From assembly GCA_964478025.1 (NCBI GenBank), contig CAYZGK010000003.1, positions 6,645-70,644 on the forward strand: 64,000 bases of DNA, in the 5' to 3' direction. Below are positions 27,728-37,312 of the stretch, piece by piece (position 1 is the stretch's first letter; the number at the start of each line of letters is the position of its first letter). Position numbers and translations under genes: made by a program. Source of the stretch: an uncultured Christensenella sp. Its GTDB lineage: Bacteria; Bacillota; Clostridia; Christensenellales; UBA3700. The notes beneath the pieces are model-generated. The model saw only the letters and a list, made by a program, of their open reading frames with translations. It made no database searches and was not told the origin of the DNA.

Positions 27728-28440
27728 ATTTATATTTATCTAAATTAAACAACATCTCAAGAACAAAGGCTCAGCAGTTAGTTGAGTCAAATTTTGTTTT
27801 AGTAAATGGAAAAATTGTAAATAAGCCAGCCTTTGATGTAACAGAGTTAGATAAAATTGAAATTATGCAGGATTTTAAGTACGCATCACTTGGCGGAGAT
27901 AAACTTGCAAAAGCTTTTTTAGATTTTAATTATTCAGTTAAAGATAAGGTATGTATAGATATTGGTGCCTCTAATGGTGGTTTTACCGATTGTATGCTAC
28001 AAAATGGGGCTAAAAAGGTATATGCAGTAGATGTAGGTGAGTGTGCTTTTTCAGAAACGCTTAAATCTAATCCAAAAGTTATAATTAAAGATAAAATAAA
28101 CGCAAGATTTATAACTCCAAGCGATATTGGTGAAAAGGCCGATTTTATGTCTATTGATGTATCTTTTATATCACTTACTTACATTCTTGAAAATGTTTCA
28201 AAACTTTTAAAAGATGATGGAGAGATAATAGCACTTATAAAGCCTCAATTTGAATGTGGCAAAAAATATCTATCTAAAAAGGGAATTGTTCAATCTCAAA
28301 AAGTAATAGATAAAGTCATTGAAGATATAAAATCTTATGCAAAAGATATAGGACTAACTCCACTTAAAATTACAAATGCTCCAATAAAACCTGAAAAGAA
28401 TAAAGAATATTTAATTTTATTATCTAAAAAAGCAAATTAA
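27718..28440 (+). CDS. tlyA: TlyA-family rRNA 2'-O-methyltransferase (hemolysin A-like)
   Basis: N-terminal S4 domain (RLDLYL...SRTKAQQLV) and the FtsJ SAM motif DIGASNGGFTD. Confidence 0.9.
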   Translation: MRLDLYLSKLNNISRTKAQQLVESNFVLVNGKIVNKPAFDVTELDKIEIMQDFKYASLGGDKLAKAFLDFNYSVKDKVCIDIGASNGGFTDCMLQNGAKKVYAVDVGECAFSETLKSNPKVIIKDKINARFITPSDIGEKADFMSIDVSFISLTYILENVSKLLKDDGEIIALIKPQFECGKKYLSKKGIVQSQKVIDKVIEDIKSYAKDIGLTPLKITNAPIKPEKNKEYLILLSKKAN

Positions 28441-28480
28441 AGTAGTGCATAAATTTATTTATGTATGTATAATTATAAAT

Positions 28481-29329
28481 ATGAAAATTGGAATTTATAC
28501 AAACAACCATAAGGATATTAATGAAGATTACGCAAAACTTGCATCAAGTATTTTAATTAAAAAAGGCATTGATGTTGTATTTGCAGATAATACTGATGAT
28601 AATCTACTAAATGTAAAAAAAGTAGATATATCTGAACTTGCTAAAAATTGTGATGTAATAATTACTTTTGGTGGCGATGGTACAGTTTTAAAAGTTGTAA
28701 GAGAGCAAAAAAAGCAAGTGCCAATTGTCGGTGTAAATTGCGGTAAAATCGGATTTTTAACTGAAATTTCTAAAGAAGATTTAGAAAAATCTCTTGATGA
28801 TCTAATTAATGGTAGATATCAAATTGTAGAAAGAGCTGTTGTAAAAATTGAAACTGAAAATATAGAGCTTAATGCTTTAAATGAAATTGTTTTATCTTCA
28901 AGTATTACATCGGAAGTTTCAACATTTAGAGTAAAAATTGATGGAGTAAATGCTGTATCAACAAAAGGCGATGGAATTATGCTTTCAACACCAACTGGTT
29001 CAACTGCATATTCTTTATCTTGTAATGGTCCTTTAATTGCGCCAAATGTTAATGCATTTATAATAAACGCAATTTGCCCATATCCAGTAAGAACAGCACC
29101 TCTTGTTATAAATGATAATTGTGTTGTTGAAATAGAATCTGATTCTAAAAATTTAAAATTGATTGTAGATGGTAAAAACATTGAAGAGTTTAATAGTAAG
29201 AATGCAAAAGTTTTACTTAGAAAGACTAAGAACAATGTTAAGTTTATCAAGTTTGAAAATGATTCAAACAATTTCTACCAAAAGATAACAAAGAAATTAA
29301 AATTATGGAGTGTTACATATGAATCGTAG
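28481..29329 (+). CDS. nadK: NAD kinase
   Basis: Motifs GGDGT, NxGxxGFL (VNCGKIGFLTE) and TPTGSTAYSLS. The start was moved to the ATG at 28481 (MKIGIY). Confidence 0.9.
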   Translation: MKIGIYTNNHKDINEDYAKLASSILIKKGIDVVFADNTDDNLLNVKKVDISELAKNCDVIITFGGDGTVLKVVREQKKQVPIVGVNCGKIGFLTEISKEDLEKSLDDLINGRYQIVERAVVKIETENIELNALNEIVLSSSITSEVSTFRVKIDGVNAVSTKGDGIMLSTPTGSTAYSLSCNGPLIAPNVNAFIINAICPYPVRTAPLVINDNCVVEIESDSKNLKLIVDGKNIEEFNSKNAKVLLRKTKNNVKFIKFENDSNNFYQKITKKLKLWSVTYES

Positions 29330-29762
29330 ACAAAATGCAATACTAGAAATAATTGCCGAGAATGAAATTGAAAAACAAGAAGAATTAGTAGATAAACTAA
29401 TAGAGCAAGGCTTTGACGTTACTCAAGCAACAGTATCTAGAGATATTAAACAACTTGGCCTTGTTAAAATGCATGGCGAAAAGAAAAAGTTTAAATATAC
29501 TCAAGTAAAATACACAACAGATGGTATTTCTGCAAAGTTTGGTAATTTATTTAAAGAATCTGTTCTTTCTATTCAAACAGCCCAAAATATCGTTGTTATA
29601 AAGACAGTAACAGGTGCTGCTAATTCAGCTGCAGCATTTTTAGACAAACAAAATTTTGAAACACTTTTAGGATCAATTGCTGGTGATGATTGTATCATTG
29701 CTGTTGCAACAGATACGGAAGAAGCACAACTTATAGCCAAAACATTAAAGAGTTTCTTTTAA
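29319..29762 (+). CDS. argR: Arginine repressor
   Basis: Winged-helix sequence Q.ELV..L...G...TQATVSRDIKQL and C-terminal GTIAGDD-like sequence GSIAGDDCI. GGAG lies upstream of the ATG at 29319. Confidence 0.9.
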   Translation: MNRRQNAILEIIAENEIEKQEELVDKLIEQGFDVTQATVSRDIKQLGLVKMHGEKKKFKYTQVKYTTDGISAKFGNLFKESVLSIQTAQNIVVIKTVTGAANSAAAFLDKQNFETLLGSIAGDDCIIAVATDTEEAQLIAKTLKSFF

Positions 29763-29764
29763 TT

Positions 29765-31465
29765 ATGTTAACAACACTTTCTATAAAAAATATCGCATTA
29801 ATTGAATCTTTAGAAATTGAATTTTCTAAAGGTTTAAATGTTTTATCAGGTGAAACTGGTGCAGGTAAGTCAATAATAATTGACTCAATCAATTTCGTAC
29901 TTGGAAAAAGAGCAGATAAAACATTAATTAGATATGGTGAAGAAAGTGCTACAGTTACCGCATTTTTTGATATTGATAACGATAAAATCTATGATATTTT
30001 AGATGAGCTTGAGATAGAAAAAGAAGATGAGCTTATGATAAAAAGAACAATGACCATAGATGGTAAAAACAATTGTTCTATAAATGGTCAAAAAGTAACT
30101 CTTTCTATGCTTAGACAATTAACATCAAAACTTGTAGATATTTATGGTCAAAACGACGCCTTATTTATTATGAATCCAAGTATGCATCTTGAGATTTTAG
30201 ATAACTATGGCTTAGATAAAATAAAACCACTTAAAGATAAACAAGAGGCACTATATAAAGATTACAAGGAAACCCTTAAAAAATTAAAAGAATATGGAAA
30301 CCTTGATGATTTAGAAAAGAATCTTGAACTTTATGAATATCAAATAAATGAAATTAAAGAAACCAATTTTAAAGATGGAGAAGAAGAGGAATTAAAAGCT
30401 TTAAGAAGTAAAATGAATAATTCCCAAGAGTTTGTTGAATCTCTATCACAAGCATATGAGAGTTTAAATGGTTCTAGTGATGTAAATGTTAACTTGCTTT
30501 TATCTAACGCTATTAAGGCCTTAAATAAAGTTGTAGAGTTTGACTCTTCGCTTGAAGATATTATCTCAAGATTAGAATCTGCAAAGATAGATTTAAAAGA
30601 TGCAGGAGAAACAATAGAGGATATTGCAAAATCTTCTGAATTTGATCCACAAAAGGCTAATCAAATAGAAAATAGATTAAATAAAATTAGATTAATTAAA
30701 AAGAAATATGGGGCGTCTGAGCAAGAAATTAATGATTATCTAAGTAGTATTCAAGATAAATATGACTTTTTAAATAATGGTGAAGAAAAACTTGCAGATT
30801 TAGAAATTGACAAGAAAAACTTATTTGAAGATTTATATAAAAACGCAAAAGAGTTATCTCATATAAGACATAATGTTGCATTTGATTTATCACTAAAGAT
30901 TGAAAAAGAATTAAAAGAGCTTGGTATGAAAGATGCTCAGTTTGTTGCTAAATTTAATGAATTCCCATTAATTGATGAGATTGATTCAATACCTGCAAAT
31001 GGACTTGATGAAATGGAATTTTTATTCTCAGCAAATAAAGGTCAACCTCCAAGAGAATTAACTAAGATTATCTCAGGCGGTGAATTATCTAGATTTACGC
31101 TTGCCTTAAAGAATACAATATCTGATTTAGACGGAATAGATACCATGATATTTGATGAAATTGATACAGGAATCTCTGGTCATATTGCTCAAGTAGTTGC
31201 AGAAAAACTTTATTCTATATCTAAAGATAAACAAGTTTTAGCAATAACTCATCTTCCTCAACTTGCATCAATTGCTGATACAAATTTCTTAATTGTAAAA
31301 AATTCAGATAATTTAACAACAAAAACAAGGATAATTAAGCTTGAAAAAGACGACTTAATTAATGAAATAATTAGACTTGTAGGTGGGGAAACTTCAGAAA
31401 AGACCGCAAGACCTCATGCAATTGAAATGCTTGAAAACGCTAAAAAGTTAAAGGAAAATCTATGA
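29765..31465 (+). CDS. recN: DNA repair protein RecN
   Basis: The sequence MLTTLSIKNIALIESLEIEF...GETGAGKSI contains the Walker A motif, followed by a long coiled coil, the signature ISGGELSRFTLAL and Walker B MIFDEID. The listed start at 29690 overlaps argR, so the ATG at 29765 is preferred. Confidence 0.9.
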   Translation: MLTTLSIKNIALIESLEIEFSKGLNVLSGETGAGKSIIIDSINFVLGKRADKTLIRYGEESATVTAFFDIDNDKIYDILDELEIEKEDELMIKRTMTIDGKNNCSINGQKVTLSMLRQLTSKLVDIYGQNDALFIMNPSMHLEILDNYGLDKIKPLKDKQEALYKDYKETLKKLKEYGNLDDLEKNLELYEYQINEIKETNFKDGEEEELKALRSKMNNSQEFVESLSQAYESLNGSSDVNVNLLLSNAIKALNKVVEFDSSLEDIISRLESAKIDLKDAGETIEDIAKSSEFDPQKANQIENRLNKIRLIKKKYGASEQEINDYLSSIQDKYDFLNNGEEKLADLEIDKKNLFEDLYKNAKELSHIRHNVAFDLSLKIEKELKELGMKDAQFVAKFNEFPLIDEIDSIPANGLDEMEFLFSANKGQPPRELTKIISGGELSRFTLALKNTISDLDGIDTMIFDEIDTGISGHIAQVVAEKLYSISKDKQVLAITHLPQLASIADTNFLIVKNSDNLTTKTRIIKLEKDDLINEIIRLVGGETSEKTARPHAIEMLENAKKLKENL

Positions 31466-31818
31466 TTTTTAAAGATATTTTAGTTTATTTTGTATATAAG
31501 TTTTCTTTGATATTAAGATTTGATAAAGATATCAAAAGCGTTTTTTATAAAATACTAAAAGCTTTCTTTATAATACTATTTATTATTCCATATGCATTAT
31601 TTGCTTTTATTGATTTAGTTTTACAGTTATTATTTGTAATACCATCAAGCTGGCCAATAATTGGAGTAGTTTTATATTGGATTACAAAAATATTTGGTAT
31701 ACTTCCTGGAATACTTATGAAAATATTAATGATTCCAGATGCCATTTATAAAACAGCCATTTATGATTTATATGCAAATGGTTTAGAAATGGGTGAGGAT
31801 TTTAAAACAAAAGAGTAA
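31462..31818 (+). CDS. Small polytopic membrane protein (hypothetical)
   Basis: 118 aa with three hydrophobic segments. The start overlaps the recN stop. Confidence 0.45.
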   Translation: MIFKDILVYFVYKFSLILRFDKDIKSVFYKILKAFFIILFIIPYALFAFIDLVLQLLFVIPSSWPIIGVVLYWITKIFGILPGILMKILMIPDAIYKTAIYDLYANGLEMGEDFKTKE

Positions 31819-31843
31819 ATTTTTTAACATAATGAAAACATAG

Positions 31844-31876
31844 CAGCTTATCTTAAATTTAGGTAAGCTGTTTTTA
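31844..31876 (+). terminator. Rho-independent terminator ending the nusB...recN transcription unit
   Basis: The stem CAGCTTATCT (31844-31853) pairs with AGGTAAGCTG (31861-31870), with one mismatch. TTTTT follows. Confidence 0.75.
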
Positions 31877-31934
31877 TTTAACATTATTGAAAAATCCCAT
31901 AATTTTCAATATAATTGAAAGCAAGAGGTAAAAT

Positions 31935-33119
31935 ATGGAACAAGAAATTAAGCAAAAGAAAAAACATGGTCCCGTCTTTTGGACGCTTATATCCATAAAT
32001 ATTGTTATAGATTTAATAATAGTAATAGTTGGCGGTTATCTTTTATATATCGTTGCTTCATATTCCCGTATTGGTAATGTATCATTAGATGTAACAAGCA
32101 ATTCAACGCTTGAATCAGTTAATACGTCTGAAACTTACTCAATAACGACATATAACATAGGCTTTGGAGCATATTCTCAAAATTATACGTTCTTTTTAGA
32201 TTCAGGATATGATGACAATGGTAATGAAACTGTAGGACACTATGGAAAAGCTTTATCTAAAGATGATGTTCTTTTCAATACAAATGGTGCTATTAAAACT
32301 ATACAAGAAAAATCTCCAGATTTTGCTTTGTTTCAAGAGGTAGATACAAACTCAACTCGTTCATACCATGTAAATCAATATGAGAAAATTACAAGTAATT
32401 TTACTACATATGATCAAACATTCTGCTCAAACTTCCATAGCACATTTTTACCATATCCACTATATGATATGCATGGTTCAGTTCAAGCAGGCCTTGCTAT
32501 TATGAGTAAATATAAGGTTTCATCTGCAAATAGATACGAATATACTATCTCAAATTCTATGTCTAAATTCTTTGATTTAGATAGATGTTTTGCTGTAAAT
32601 ACAATATCCGTTTCAAATGGCAAAACTTTATATATAGTAAACTCACATATGTCAGCTTACGATAGTGGTGGCACAATTAGAAAACAACAAATGTTAGAAT
32701 TAAATAATTTCCTTACAAAATGCCAAGAAAATGGAGATTACGTAATTGTAGGTGGTGACTATAATCATGACTTAATTACATATAATCCATCATTTTCTTA
32801 CACAAGCGAAAATAGAGCATTTAACATGACAAAGAAAGCTCCAGATTGGATAGCATACTTCTTTAACGAAGATGGCACATCAGAACTTATTGATGGATAT
32901 TCCGTTTACGCTGATGATTCTAATCCAACTTGTAGAAATAACGATGTAGAGTGGGATCCAAACAATACATTTGTATGCGTTGTTGATGGATACATTGTTT
33001 CAAATAACATAACAGTATCTCTTGTTCAAAATATACAAACAAAGCAAGGAAATAAAAATCTTGATGGTTTTGCATACTCTGATCATGAGCCAGTTTATAT
33101 GGAATTTAGTTTAAATTAA
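31935..33119 (+). CDS. Membrane-anchored endonuclease/exonuclease/phosphatase (EEP) family protein
   Basis: N-terminal TM helix. EEP motifs are present: YNIGFG, ALFQEVD, VNSHMSAYD, GGDYNH, SDHEPV. Confidence 0.75.
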   Translation: MEQEIKQKKKHGPVFWTLISINIVIDLIIVIVGGYLLYIVASYSRIGNVSLDVTSNSTLESVNTSETYSITTYNIGFGAYSQNYTFFLDSGYDDNGNETVGHYGKALSKDDVLFNTNGAIKTIQEKSPDFALFQEVDTNSTRSYHVNQYEKITSNFTTYDQTFCSNFHSTFLPYPLYDMHGSVQAGLAIMSKYKVSSANRYEYTISNSMSKFFDLDRCFAVNTISVSNGKTLYIVNSHMSAYDSGGTIRKQQMLELNNFLTKCQENGDYVIVGGDYNHDLITYNPSFSYTSENRAFNMTKKAPDWIAYFFNEDGTSELIDGYSVYADDSNPTCRNNDVEWDPNNTFVCVVDGYIVSNNITVSLVQNIQTKQGNKNLDGFAYSDHEPVYMEFSLN

Positions 33120-33130
33120 TAGAGGTTAAT

Positions 33131-34921
33131 ATGATTAATTATTTTTGTAAATACCCATTATATGAAGTAACAAAAGACTTAGTTGATGTTGCTATGGGAA
33201 GAAAAGAAGCAGAGCTTGTTATTAAAAACGCAAAACTTGTAAATGTATGTACTCATGAAATTATAGATAATACTATGGTTGCCATAGCAAAAGGAAGAAT
33301 CGCCTACGTTGGAGATGCAAGTCACTGTATAGGGAAAAATACAAAGATAATTGATGCAAATGGAAAATATTTAGCTCCATCATTTATGGATGGTCATATG
33401 CACGTTGAATCTTCAATGCTAACTGTTGGAGAATATGCAAGAGCAGTAATACCTCATGGAACTTCAGGAATATTCTTTGATCCTCATGAAATTTGCAATG
33501 TTCTTGGCTTAAAGGGCGTTAGATACATGCTTGATGATTCAAAAAGAACTCCACTTAAAGCTATGCTTTGTGTTCCATCATGTGTTCCAGCTGTTCCTGG
33601 CTTTGAAGACACTGGGGCTGAAGTTACTCCAAAAGATGTAAAAGAAGCAATGTCTTGGAAAGAATCAGTAGGTCTTGGCGAGATGATGAATTTTGTTGGA
33701 ATACAAAATAATGAAAATGGACCACATGCAATAGTTGCTGAAACACTAAAGGCAGATAAATGTCCAACAGGTCACTATACAATTCCAGAGACAGGTTCAG
33801 GGCTTAATTCATATATAGCAGCCGGCATGAGATGCGACCACGAATCAGTAAGAGAAATTGATGCACTTACAAAAATGAGACTTGGCATGTACGCACAACT
33901 TAGAGAAGGCTCAGCTTGGCACGATTTAGTTGAAGTATCTAAAGCTATAACAAATCATGAAGTAGATTCAAGATTTGCTCATTTATGTACAGACGATTCT
34001 CATCCATACACCCTTGTAGGCCCAGGGCATCTAGATAGAGTTGTTAAAAAAGCACAAGAATATGGAATAGATTTTATAACTGCTATTCAAATGGTAACAA
34101 TAAATGTTGCTACATGTTTCCAACTAGAGCACGAAATGGGCTCTATAACACCAAACAAATGCGCAGACATGGTTTTGATTGATGATATTAAAAATTGTCA
34201 TATAACCGATGTATTTATTGATGGTGAGTATGTTGCAAAAGATGGAAAGCTTATAATTGAATTTGGTAAGTATTCATATCCAAAGGATGCATATAACACA
34301 GTACATTTAGATAAGTTAACTGAAAAAGATTTTATAATTCCATCAAATAAGGAAAAAGTTAAAGTAAGAGCAATATCTGTTGAAGGCGGAAAGACAATAA
34401 CAACTGAAGATATTAAAGAATTAAAAGTTGTAAATGGAAACATTGAGGCTGATGTAAGTCAAGATGTATTAAAAGCCTTTGTATTTGAAAGACACCATAG
34501 AACAGGAAAAGTAGGTAAAGGCTTTTTAACTGGATTTGGTATAAAAGAAGGAGCACTTGCTCAAACAGTTTCACATGATGCCCATAACTTGCTTGTTGTT
34601 GGAACAAATGAAAAAGATATGGCAGTAGCTGCTAATGCTTTAATTGATTGTGGTGGCGGACTTGTAGTTGTGCAAAATGGAAAAGTTATAGCAATTGCTG
34701 AGCTTCCAGTTGCAGGACTTATGAGTGAAGAAAATGCTCAAGTTATGTCAAATAAAATTAAAAATATTGAAGAAGCATGGAATAAGGTTGGATGTAAACT
34801 TCCATCACCATTTATGACAATGGGAATTGCATCCCTTGCTTGTATCCCTAATTTACGTTTAACAAATAGGGGAATAGTAGATTGTATTAATTTTAAATTC
34901 TTAGATTTAATCGTTGAATAA
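33131..34921 (+). CDS. ade: Adenine deaminase
   Basis: Amidohydrolase metal motif FMDGHMHVESSML at about 596 aa, with an adenine-deaminase-type C-terminal domain (HDAHNLLVVGTN). Confidence 0.85.
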   Translation: MINYFCKYPLYEVTKDLVDVAMGRKEAELVIKNAKLVNVCTHEIIDNTMVAIAKGRIAYVGDASHCIGKNTKIIDANGKYLAPSFMDGHMHVESSMLTVGEYARAVIPHGTSGIFFDPHEICNVLGLKGVRYMLDDSKRTPLKAMLCVPSCVPAVPGFEDTGAEVTPKDVKEAMSWKESVGLGEMMNFVGIQNNENGPHAIVAETLKADKCPTGHYTIPETGSGLNSYIAAGMRCDHESVREIDALTKMRLGMYAQLREGSAWHDLVEVSKAITNHEVDSRFAHLCTDDSHPYTLVGPGHLDRVVKKAQEYGIDFITAIQMVTINVATCFQLEHEMGSITPNKCADMVLIDDIKNCHITDVFIDGEYVAKDGKLIIEFGKYSYPKDAYNTVHLDKLTEKDFIIPSNKEKVKVRAISVEGGKTITTEDIKELKVVNGNIEADVSQDVLKAFVFERHHRTGKVGKGFLTGFGIKEGALAQTVSHDAHNLLVVGTNEKDMAVAANALIDCGGGLVVVQNGKVIAIAELPVAGLMSEENAQVMSNKIKNIEEAWNKVGCKLPSPFMTMGIASLACIPNLRLTNRGIVDCINFKFLDLIVE

Positions 34922-35625
34922 TGAAATTCTTTAAAGAAAAAAAATTAGCAATATTTGAAATAGTTTTTGTAGTTTTATCTGCACTAACTATTTTATTTTT
35001 ATTGCTTGGAGTATCTACTCATCACTATGTCTCTTATGGGAAAAAATATAGTTCAAAAAACTACGTTGCTGCATACTTATATAAATATAATGAACTTCCT
35101 GTAAACTTCATAGAAAAAAATGAGTGGAACTCAGATTATAAATTACTAAAATCTGGAAAAAATATAGGTGGAGATAACTTTGAGTATAGAGGAAATATTG
35201 TTAACTATACTCAAAACACAAATTTAAGAGAAGCTGATTTATATAAATCAAGGCTTGAAGTTTATAAGTCACAATCAAGAGGAACAATTCGACTTGTTTA
35301 TGCATATAGTGATAGTAATGTAGTTGAAATTTTCTATACTGAAGACCACTATGAAACCTTTAGTAAAATTACGAAATTTAATGTTAACTTGTTTTCAAAT
35401 ATAAGCTACATAATTATGGGAAGTTTACTACTTATTCAAGTAGTTATCATAGTTATTAATTTAGCTAAAGACGAGCAAGCACGAAGTTTTGGATATTTTA
35501 GACAAATTGGAATATTTTATCTTGAAGGTTTTATATGTTTAATTGGATTTATTCCAGGAAGCATATATTATATTGTTCTTAAAGTTCAAAATCTTTTTAG
35601 TAAGAGAGTAAAACTTAAGCAATAA
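34921..35625 (+). CDS. Membrane-tethered barnase-family (microbial N1/T1) ribonuclease
   Basis: The protein aligns to barnase. VAAYLYKYNELPVNFIEKNEW matches VADYLQTYHKLPDNYITKSEA. GKNIGGDNF matches GKSIGGDIF. LREAD matches WREAD. RGTIRLVY...EIFYTEDHYETFSKI matches RNSDRILY...LIYKTTDHYQTFTKI. TM helices lie at the N-terminus and in the C-terminal 70 aa. The ATG shares one nucleotide with the ade stop. Confidence 0.8.
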   Translation: MKFFKEKKLAIFEIVFVVLSALTILFLLLGVSTHHYVSYGKKYSSKNYVAAYLYKYNELPVNFIEKNEWNSDYKLLKSGKNIGGDNFEYRGNIVNYTQNTNLREADLYKSRLEVYKSQSRGTIRLVYAYSDSNVVEIFYTEDHYETFSKITKFNVNLFSNISYIIMGSLLLIQVVIIVINLAKDEQARSFGYFRQIGIFYLEGFICLIGFIPGSIYYIVLKVQNLFSKRVKLKQ

Positions 35626-35722
35626 ATTAATTAACATGTAAAATAAATTCATTATAATTATTTGTTAAATAGAATATAAATAATATATAATAAAAAAGAA
35701 TTTAATTAACTAGGAGTCCAAC

Positions 35723-37156
35723 ATGGAGTTTTCTTACGTAGATCCGTTAGTTACTAGATATGCTACCAAGCCTATGCTAGAACAATTTTCTGAAGAAACA
35801 AGAATGATTCTTTGGAGAAAATTGTGGGTTGCTTTAGCCGAATCTGAAAAAGAATTAGGTTTAGAACAAATTTCTCAAGAACAAATTGATGAATTAAAAA
35901 AATATGTTTACGATATAAACTTTGATGTAGCAAAAGCTAGAGAAAAGGTTGTTAGACATGATGTTATGGCTTACATTTACGCTTATGGCCAACAAGCAAA
36001 ATCTGCAGCCGGTATAATCCACTTAGGAGCAACATCTTGCTTTGTTACAGATAACTCTGATGCAATAATCTATCATGATGCATTAATAAAGGTTAGAAAT
36101 AAGCTTGTTAATGTCATGGATAAATTATCCAAATTTGCAAAAGAGTACGCTGGAATGCCTACACTTGGATATACACATTTACAACCAGCACAACTTGTAA
36201 CAGTTGGTAAAAGAGCAACTCTTTGGTTACAAGACTTACAATTAGATTACGAAAATTTAACATATTTAATAGATAATACAAGACTTAGAGGAGTTAAGGG
36301 TACAACAGGAACTCAAGCTTCATTTTTAGATTTATTCAATGGAGATCATGAAAAGGTTAAAAAATTAAATGAACTTGTTGTTAAAAAGATGGGATTTGAA
36401 AAATATTTCTCAGTATCAGGTCAAACTTATACAAGAAAATATGATTACAACATTTTATCTGGACTTTCTCAAGTAGCTCAATCAGCATATAAATTCGCAA
36501 ATGATATAAGAATACTTCAAAGCTTTAAGGAAATAGAGGAACCTTTTGAAAAAACGCAAATTGGTTCATCTGCTATGGCATATAAGAGAAATCCTATGAG
36601 AAGTGAAAGAATTTGTTCACTATCAAGATATGTTATGACACTTCCGGAAAATGCCGCTCAAACAGCAGCAACTCAATGGATGGAAAGAACCCTTGATGAT
36701 TCTGCAAATAGACGTTTAGTTATGGCTCAAGCTTTCTTAACTATAGATGCAATCTTAGAAATCTACATGAACGTTGTAGATGGCTTAGTTGTTTACGATA
36801 AAGTTATAGAAAAGAGAGTAATGGCAGAGCTTCCATTTATGTCAACAGAAGTTATATTAATGGAATGTGTTAAAGCTGGTGGAGATAGACAAGCATTACA
36901 TGAAAGAATTCGTATTCATTCAATGGATGCAGCAATGCAAGTTAAAAAGTTTGGAAAGGATAATGATTTAATAGAAAGAATCAAAAACGATCCTGCTTTT
37001 GATGCAATAAAAGATAAAATTGACTCAATATTAGATCCAGTAAACTTTATTGGAAGAGCAAAAGAACAAACTTTAGAATATATAGATGAAGTAATTAATC
37101 CTATTCTAAAGGAAAATAGTGAAATTTTAGGAGCAACAGGACAAGTTAATGTCTAA
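35723..37156 (+). CDS. purB: Adenylosuccinate lyase
   Basis: Fumarate-lyase signature GSSAMAYKRNP at 477 aa, with a PurB-type C-terminus. Confidence 0.95.
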   Translation: MEFSYVDPLVTRYATKPMLEQFSEETRMILWRKLWVALAESEKELGLEQISQEQIDELKKYVYDINFDVAKAREKVVRHDVMAYIYAYGQQAKSAAGIIHLGATSCFVTDNSDAIIYHDALIKVRNKLVNVMDKLSKFAKEYAGMPTLGYTHLQPAQLVTVGKRATLWLQDLQLDYENLTYLIDNTRLRGVKGTTGTQASFLDLFNGDHEKVKKLNELVVKKMGFEKYFSVSGQTYTRKYDYNILSGLSQVAQSAYKFANDIRILQSFKEIEEPFEKTQIGSSAMAYKRNPMRSERICSLSRYVMTLPENAAQTAATQWMERTLDDSANRRLVMAQAFLTIDAILEIYMNVVDGLVVYDKVIEKRVMAELPFMSTEVILMECVKAGGDRQALHERIRIHSMDAAMQVKKFGKDNDLIERIKNDPAFDAIKDKIDSILDPVNFIGRAKEQTLEYIDEVINPILKENSEILGATGQVNV

Positions 37157-37184
37157 ATAAGGTTAGGTTTGAGCAAACCTTGAC

Positions 37185-37217
37185 AAAAAAAATTGCCCTT
37201 TAAATAAATTAAAAGGC
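37185..37217 (-). terminator. Rho-independent terminator downstream of tRNA-Trp (minus strand)
   Basis: On the minus strand, an imperfect hairpin GCCTTTT...AAAGGGC is followed by eight T residues (the complement of the A-run at 37185-37192). Confidence 0.55.
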
Positions 37218-37220
37218 ATT

Positions 37221-37295
37221 TGGCAGGGGAGACGCGACTCGAACACGCAACCGACGGTTTTGGAGACCGTAGCCCTACCATTGGGCCACTCCCCT
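37221..37295 (-). tRNA. trnW: tRNA-Trp (anticodon CCA), 75 nt with encoded 3' CCA
   Basis: The reverse complement is AGGGGAGTGGCCCAATGGTAGGGCTACGGTCTCCAAAACCGTCGGTTGCGTGTTCGAGTCGCGTCTCCCCTGCCA. It folds as a cloverleaf with acceptor AGGGGAG/CTCCCCT, anticodon loop CTCCAAA and T-loop TTCGAGT. Confidence 0.95.
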
Positions 37296-37312
37296 ATGTA
37301 AAAAACATTATT

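Noticed and set aside
29690-29764. Upstream extensions of listed ORFs (recN 29690, nadK 28445, miaB 55058, 419-aa ORF 57147, PadR 43909, DUF2798 44553, dinJ 63127, ispA 25020, ylxQ 8608, zinc-ribbon 2406)
   Set aside because: In each case an internal ATG is preceded by a GGAG-type RBS and matches the conserved N-terminus of the family, or avoids running through a promoter or terminator. The extensions encode implausible peptides or overlap the upstream gene.
35626-35722. Looked for a purine riboswitch upstream of purB and ade, and for T-box or other leaders upstream of the operons
   Set aside because: The leaders are short and almost pure A/T. None shows the conserved purine-riboswitch core or T-box specifier/antiterminator sequences.
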